A model generated the notes under the pieces. It had not been told where the DNA came from. It did not search any database and saw nothing but the letters and a program-made list of their open reading frames with translations. A stretch of 60,175 nt of DNA from a virus. Its lineage: Duplodnaviria > Caudoviricetes. Positions 55,653-60,175 of the stretch are shown in pieces; the stretch's first letter is position 1; the number at the start of each line of letters is the position of its first letter. Made by a program: the position numbers and the translations under genes. Where the stretch lies: IMG/VR virus record IMGVR_UViG_3300025398_000018, positions 1 to 60,175 of that record; one strand, written 5' to 3'.

Positions 55653-56245
55653 TAGTAAGTATCCAGTATCTCTTTGGCTGCATCAATTTTAGCAATTCTA
55701 TCGGCTAAACCCAATAGGCCGCCGTTAATTCTTTTGGTCATCTCCGGATAATCCCGCTTATCCGCTAAGTCATTTAGCCCTTTTTTGTTCCAAAACCATC
55801 CTGCTGCTAATGCTGCATACTTAGGTATTATTAAGTTATCAGGAAAGTCTATTAAGTTAAGTTTTAGAGCATCCCCACAATTTTTATACTCGTCACGCCC
55901 AGTTAGCTGTATAACTCCTCTGCCACGGAACGCAAACCCATCACCTTCTTCTGTATTTCCCATGCGTCCTGCATATACTTTGTTTGCAATTTTTTCTGGA
56001 TTTTCTGCATATTGTTCAGCCACATCTGCACTAGGAAATCTTGAGGGCCATGTACGCATAAGTCCAGCGGCAGAGTAATGAAGGTTCTCTTCCAAAGTTC
56101 TGAAATTGTTTGACTCATGTTGGCACTGTCCTATAAAAGCTGCTTGTCTTTGTGTTGTCGATATGTTGTACTTAATAAATGTGTCTGTTAAGGGTTTAAA
56201 CCATTCTTCAGATATACCTAGTTTTTGTAGTTGCTCCGGACTCAT
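55652..56245 (-). CDS. Endolysin, glycoside hydrolase family 19
   Basis: AAFIGQCQHES, ENLHYS, GDG..FRGRG.IQLTG, TKRINGG..GL.DR. Confidence 0.9.
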   Translation of the reverse strand: MSPEQLQKLGISEEWFKPLTDTFIKYNISTTQRQAAFIGQCQHESNNFRTLEENLHYSAAGLMRTWPSRFPSADVAEQYAENPEKIANKVYAGRMGNTEEGDGFAFRGRGVIQLTGRDEYKNCGDALKLNLIDFPDNLIIPKYAALAAGWFWNKKGLNDLADKRDYPEMTKRINGGLLGLADRIAKIDAAKEILDTY

Positions 56246-56679
56246 TCTTCACTAGCTTTCTTTACTTCTTCATACCACTTCTGCCACTCAGTTACCATCA
56301 AGGTTGTTTGAGCGCACTGTCCAGCAAGTTGGTTGTAGGCGGCGATTGCATCAGAAAGCTTGGAGGTTGCGGATATACCGGGCACTGAACTGGTACCTGA
56401 TTGGCGCACCCCGTTAGCATAATACTGCCTAATAAGAGCAAGCTTCGCATCATATTCATCTTGAATCCCTTTAGTAACTAATGCTTGTTGTTTTTTAATT
56501 GACTCGTTTTCCGCTTGTTGTTTTTCAACGATAGCCTGTTGCTCAAGTTTGTATACAGTAAAATCCCTATCGCGAGTATGCCAGCCAGCGAAAAACACGC
56601 CGCATACAAAAGCAACAAGTAGTGCAATTTTGATTGCAGTTCCATAACTAGAAAATACTCCCGTAATTAAAGACCACAT
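56242..56679 (-). CDS. i-spanin (Rz-like)
   Basis: N-terminal transmembrane helix followed by coiled coil; hosts an embedded lipoprotein gene. Confidence 0.75.
   Translation of the reverse strand: MWSLITGVFSSYGTAIKIALLVAFVCGVFFAGWHTRDRDFTVYKLEQQAIVEKQQAENESIKKQQALVTKGIQDEYDAKLALIRQYYANGVRQSGTSSVPGISATSKLSDAIAAYNQLAGQCAQTTLMVTEWQKWYEEVKKASEE
56298..56459 (-). CDS. o-spanin (Rz1-like lipoprotein), embedded in an alternative frame, missing from the ORF track
   Basis: MNMMRSLLLLGSIMLTG|CANQVPVQCPVYPQPP...; LTGC lipobox and Pro-rich mature part; 53 aa. Confidence 0.8.
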   Translation of the reverse strand: MNMMRSLLLLGSIMLTGCANQVPVQCPVYPQPPSFLMQSPPTTNLLDSALKQP

Positions 56680-56909
56680 TATTGCTCCTCTGGCTCAGTG
56701 CCTTTTTTCATCATCAGCCCAAAACCATGAGCGCCGACAATAGCTGCTGAACCCATATAAAACTTTTCAATATCAAATAATCCAGTATGCACGGCATTAA
56801 AGATTAAGCCGGCAGTAAGAACTAAACTAGAATACAACAACGACCAACGCACAATATCGTGCGTTTGATTATCTTTACCAGTAAGAAGGTCGTTAAGTAT
56901 TTTATTCAT
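56679..56909 (-). CDS. Putative holin
   Basis: 76 aa with two hydrophobic segments and a charged C-terminus; first gene of the lysis cassette. Confidence 0.55.
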   Translation of the reverse strand: MNKILNDLLTGKDNQTHDIVRWSLLYSSLVLTAGLIFNAVHTGLFDIEKFYMGSAAIVGAHGFGLMMKKGTEPEEQ

Positions 56910-56911
56910 TT

Positions 56912-57769
56912 TTAAATTGGGGCTAATGTTCCGCTGCTAGTAAAAGTGTGGTTATATACGGTGCCGTAAATTGAACCCGAAGTTGTTACGGTTCCGCCAG
57001 TAAATGCTTGGGTTGGATTTATGTAGCTAATAATAACTACGCCACCAGCGCCTGCACCTCCACCCCCACCATTATTGCTACCTCCGGCACCACCGCCACC
57101 GTAGTTTGCACCCGGTGCGCCTCTTGCATTACCTCCGCCAGCTCCAGCTGGAAAGCCACCAGCAGCTCCGCCGGGACCAACATTATTTAAACCATCATCA
57201 AAACCACCACCGCCTCCAGCAGATGCAGCTGAACCAGATAAAGTACCATCCCCACCAGTAGAGCTACCGCCCCCTCTAGCACCAGAACTGCCGGAGCCAC
57301 CAACTGCGTTATTAGTACCACCCGAAGCGCTGCCGCCTGATGCCCCGCCCCCAAACACGTTAGGACCTTTTTGACCGCCGCCGCCGTAAATAGGGAACCC
57401 ATTTACATAGCTTGCTCCGCCATCAGTACCTTGTGTACCTTGAGAGGGGGGGCCACCTTGACCGCCAGCACCTACAATAACTGAGTAACTTACGTTTCTA
57501 GAAAGAGATACGGGTCCATAAGAACCGCCGCCACCGCCACCACCACCTCCAGCATCGCTACCACCGCCACCACCACCGCCGACAAGTAAAATGCTACTAG
57601 TTAAATTCCAAGACTTTCCGTATAGATTAGCCATTGTAATAGTGCCAGTAGGTACATTGGCTAGCTGCCTTACTTTTTTATCGTTTAGCGTTATTACTTG
57701 TGTGGGTGAATTACCAAGCTCAACATTAACTTGAGCCATAGTTATAGGGCCTGATGCTGGAAGCGTCAT
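56912..57769 (-). CDS. Glycine-rich tail fibre-associated protein
   Basis: SGPI.M..VN.ELG N-terminus; LVGGGG...GGVVIISY...HTFTSSG. Confidence 0.65.
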   Translation of the reverse strand: MTLPASGPITMAQVNVELGNSPTQVITLNDKKVRQLANVPTGTITMANLYGKSWNLTSSILLVGGGGGGGSDAGGGGGGGGGSYGPVSLSRNVSYSVIVGAGGQGGPPSQGTQGTDGGASYVNGFPIYGGGGQKGPNVFGGGASGGSASGGTNNAVGGSGSSGARGGGSSTGGDGTLSGSAASAGGGGGFDDGLNNVGPGGAAGGFPAGAGGGNARGAPGANYGGGGAGGSNNGGGGGAGAGGVVIISYINPTQAFTGGTVTTSGSIYGTVYNHTFTSSGTLAPI

Positions 57770-58542
57770 TATGGGGTTCCGTATGCTGTTACGTTAGCAA
57801 GAGCAATAAAGTTGCCAGACGAATCTAAACTTCCTACGTTAGTACCGTTGTAATTAAAATATAATTTTGTCCCGCTAGGAGTTACGCTCCAACCGCCGGA
57901 GTTTGCAATTTGTGTGGCGCTAGTGGCCGTAGTAGCTGTAGTAGCATTGGTAGCCGTAGCTGCTGTGGTAGCAGTTGCCGCATTTCCGCCAATGTTTAAG
58001 CTCGCAGCTGTACCAGTAAGCCCTGTTGCAGGGCCATTAAATTGGGTAGAAGCCGTAATAGTAGTCGCGCTTAATGTACCTAAGTCTGATATACCAGATG
58101 CCGTTAATGTGCCGTTAACTGTAAAATTGCCTGCAGAACCCGTTTGAGCAGAATAAAAGTTTGTACCGTCTGTGTAGACTTGTGCTGTAACCCCGTTAGG
58201 AATAGTAACAACTGCTCCAGTTGAGGCACCAATAGTAATAGCGTAGCCGCCAGAAGTGTTGTTATAAACCACGTACATTTTAGGTTGATTTATGGGGGCA
58301 ATAACTTGATAGACTGAAGAGTTTGTGCCTTGAACTATGAGCACCATATTACGAGCTTCATCTAAAACGCCGTTAAGGTTTGTCAGCGTATAGTTAGTGT
58401 TACTCATTGTAATAGTTTGAACACCAGCTACAGCCTGCTCAATAAGGGTCCAGTTAGTGTTGGTAGATGTGCCCCAAGAACCCGACTGGTCTCCGTTACC
58501 AATTTCTTGGATTTTTAAACTAGTTGTATACGATGATGCCAT
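57769..58542 (-). CDS. Tail fibre-like protein
   Basis: G..SG.WG..TN.N...IEQA motif; GNAATAT repeats. Confidence 0.65.
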   Translation of the reverse strand: MASSYTTSLKIQEIGNGDQSGSWGTSTNTNWTLIEQAVAGVQTITMSNTNYTLTNLNGVLDEARNMVLIVQGTNSSVYQVIAPINQPKMYVVYNNTSGGYAITIGASTGAVVTIPNGVTAQVYTDGTNFYSAQTGSAGNFTVNGTLTASGISDLGTLSATTITASTQFNGPATGLTGTAASLNIGGNAATATTAATATNATTATTATSATQIANSGGWSVTPSGTKLYFNYNGTNVGSLDSSGNFIALANVTAYGTP

Positions 58543-58551
58543 AATCTATCC

Positions 58552-59802
58552 TTAACATTTTTGGGTATTATCTACCGGTGCCCAATTAGGGGTTTCGTTT
58601 GTATCTATAGGGTTCCAAACAACAGTAGGCGCCACTCCTATTGGGAAATTGGAGAGTCTTTGAGTTTTTATGATACCAGAAAATGGTATTCCGCCAAAGC
58701 TAAATCCACCAAAATCGCCCATTTCTTGAACAGTAATAAGGACTTGGCCCCAGTTAGCCGCTTGGCTGTCATTAACCTTAACCCAACCAAATACGCACTG
58801 ATTGTCGGCTAGGTTAATGTTCTCGGTTATAGCCTCTAAATAATGGAAAGCTGCTGCGTTTGAATCTAAAACTTGTATGCCTTCAGAAATACCTTCGCGG
58901 AAATTGGCAATAGCAACGGGTGTATCCGCAAACTTAGCGTTTTCAGTAATTGTAAAGAAGTAGATAGAGTTAATTGTTGAGGCGTCAGCAGATGTTAAGC
59001 TTTCTGTAATACTGCTAGCAAAAGTTGCAGATGTTGCTTCTATATCAGCTAGACCAAGTCCTTCCACAATACCTTCAAAGAACGCATCTTGTTCTGTATC
59101 AAAGTTTGCCGCTACTAGGGTTTCTACTATGTTTTCTAGGTAGGCTGAAATCTGCGTGCTTAAATCGCCAACACTAATAGCCTCAGTAATACTTTGATTA
59201 AATATGTTTTGTGCTGTAATAACATCTGCCACATTATTGTTTTCTGTACGTGCTGTGGCGTACTGCGCTGTTATATTTTCGGTTTCAGCAGCGTTTAAAT
59301 TTTCAGTCTGACTTTGTGCAAACCGAGCTGTTATAGCTTCGGTCTCAGCAGCATTTAGGTTTTCGGTTTGGCTCTCTGCAAACTGTGCCGTTATAGCTTC
59401 TGTTTCAGCAGCATTTAGGTTTTCGGTTTGGCTTTCTAAATAAGCGCTTTGCTGGGTTGAGCTATCGCCCTCTGTTGTGTTTTCGGTTTGCGCTGTAACA
59501 AACTGAGCAGTTATTACGTCGGTTTCGGCAGCGCCAAAGTTTTCAGTTTGAGTGTTGTTAAATGTTGAAGTTTCTGTATTTGTATCAGCCTGAGTTACGG
59601 CTTCAACAATACCCTCAAAGAAGTTATCTTGCTCACTTTGAATATCATTTAGGTTGACTGTAACTTCGGTAATTGTTACTGCAAACTGCGCTGTTATCAG
59701 CGGTGTATCTTGTAGGGCGGAGTTTTCTGTAATTGTAAGTGCGTAAGAGTTCCCTGCTAGTGCAGCAAATGGAGACCGGGCAAAAGCAGATATCCCAAAC
59801 AC
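58552..59802 (-). CDS. Acidic 20-aa-repeat structural protein
   Basis: Starts MFGISAFA..PFA; tandem SQTENLNAAETEAITAQFAE units (60-bp period). Confidence 0.7.
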   Translation of the reverse strand: MFGISAFARSPFAALAGNSYALTITENSALQDTPLITAQFAVTITEVTVNLNDIQSEQDNFFEGIVEAVTQADTNTETSTFNNTQTENFGAAETDVITAQFVTAQTENTTEGDSSTQQSAYLESQTENLNAAETEAITAQFAESQTENLNAAETEAITARFAQSQTENLNAAETENITAQYATARTENNNVADVITAQNIFNQSITEAISVGDLSTQISAYLENIVETLVAANFDTEQDAFFEGIVEGLGLADIEATSATFASSITESLTSADASTINSIYFFTITENAKFADTPVAIANFREGISEGIQVLDSNAAAFHYLEAITENINLADNQCVFGWVKVNDSQAANWGQVLITVQEMGDFGGFSFGGIPFSGIIKTQRLSNFPIGVAPTVVWNPIDTNETPNWAPVDNTQKC

Positions 59803-59813
59803 ACTTACTTACC

Positions 59814-60059
59814 TTATTGAACGGTTGGTTCTACGGTTTTTACAGTTTCTACGGATGGCGTTGTTTCCAAAGATTTTTTAAGCATGTCCATAAATGCCTG
59901 CTTGCCAACTGACAACTGGTCTAAATTAAACCGTGCTGAATCCATTTTGCGGTCTAAATCCATGCAGTGGTTGCATAACATCTGTTGCTCTTGACTTAAA
60001 TCTTCATACACATACTCAATACCGTCGATAGTAATGGGGGTCTTTTTGTCTTGTCCCAT
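59814..60059 (-). CDS. Small coiled-coil protein (possible fibre chaperone)
   Basis: AGGAG RBS; ITIDG.EY..EDL motif. Confidence 0.6.
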   Translation of the reverse strand: MGQDKKTPITIDGIEYVYEDLSQEQQMLCNHCMDLDRKMDSARFNLDQLSVGKQAFMDMLKKSLETTPSVETVKTVEPTVQ

Positions 60060-60112
60060 GACATTCTCCTATAAAATTGCCGTCAAAAAGGGCTGACGGC
60101 TTGCCCTAAACT

Positions 60113-60175
60113 TTAAGCCTTGGTTGTTGCTGGCGCTGCTGTTGTTGCCCAAGGAAGTGGTGTATTTTGTGGGCT
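60113..60175 (-). CDS. 3' end of a truncated fibre-region gene (...SPQNTPLPWATTAAPATTKA*)
   Basis: Open frame from the window edge; PLPW terminus. Confidence 0.45.
   Translation of the reverse strand, partial: SPQNTPLPWATTAAPATTKA

Larger units (their letters stand above)
1..60175. mobile_element. Tailed dsDNA bacteriophage genome (podovirus-like), near complete, apparently lytic
   Basis: Terminase, portal, capsid, ejection, lysis and replication modules are all present. Late genes are on the minus strand and early genes on the plus strand. No integrase recognised. Confidence 0.95.

Noticed and set aside
1-60175. Stop-codon reassignment or introns/inteins
   Set aside because: Core genes (polymerase, terminase, portal, helicase) are intact and of normal length in the standard code.

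Overview
A nearly complete (~60 kb) genome of a tailed dsDNA phage with podovirus-like organisation. Both window ends fall inside the tail-fibre region. The minus strand carries the late genes in two blocks. 1-18.9 kb holds the small and large terminase, portal, GroES-like protein, scaffold, Mu gpT-like major capsid protein, adaptors and many small basic proteins. 42.6-60.2 kb holds fibre genes, a holin/Rz/embedded Rz1/GH19 lysis cassette, tail hub, ejection proteins and a 2080-aa polyvalent protein. The plus strand (19.1-42.6 kb) carries early and replication genes: DUF3150-like/AAA+/vWA-metallopeptidase trio, VRR-NUC, family A DNA polymerase, PD-(D/E)XK exonuclease, SNF2 helicase, SSB-like protein and primase-helicase. 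I saw no integrase, RNA polymerase, tRNA or CRISPR. The spanins indicate a Gram-negative host. The least-explained features are: (i) six copies of a 15-bp palindrome, three at a fixed distance behind sigma70 promoters; (ii) a ~435-nt structured early leader containing an rrn-type boxA; (iii) a head-to-tail array of small genes joined by a 39-bp repeat that encodes both a shared C-terminus and the next gene's RBS/ATG; (iv) a recurring xxGG motif in small basic and ejection proteins; (v) RBS-proximal RNA pseudoknots in late operons; and (vi) a candidate anti-Shine-Dalgarno sRNA. All calls were made by eye, with no database searches.
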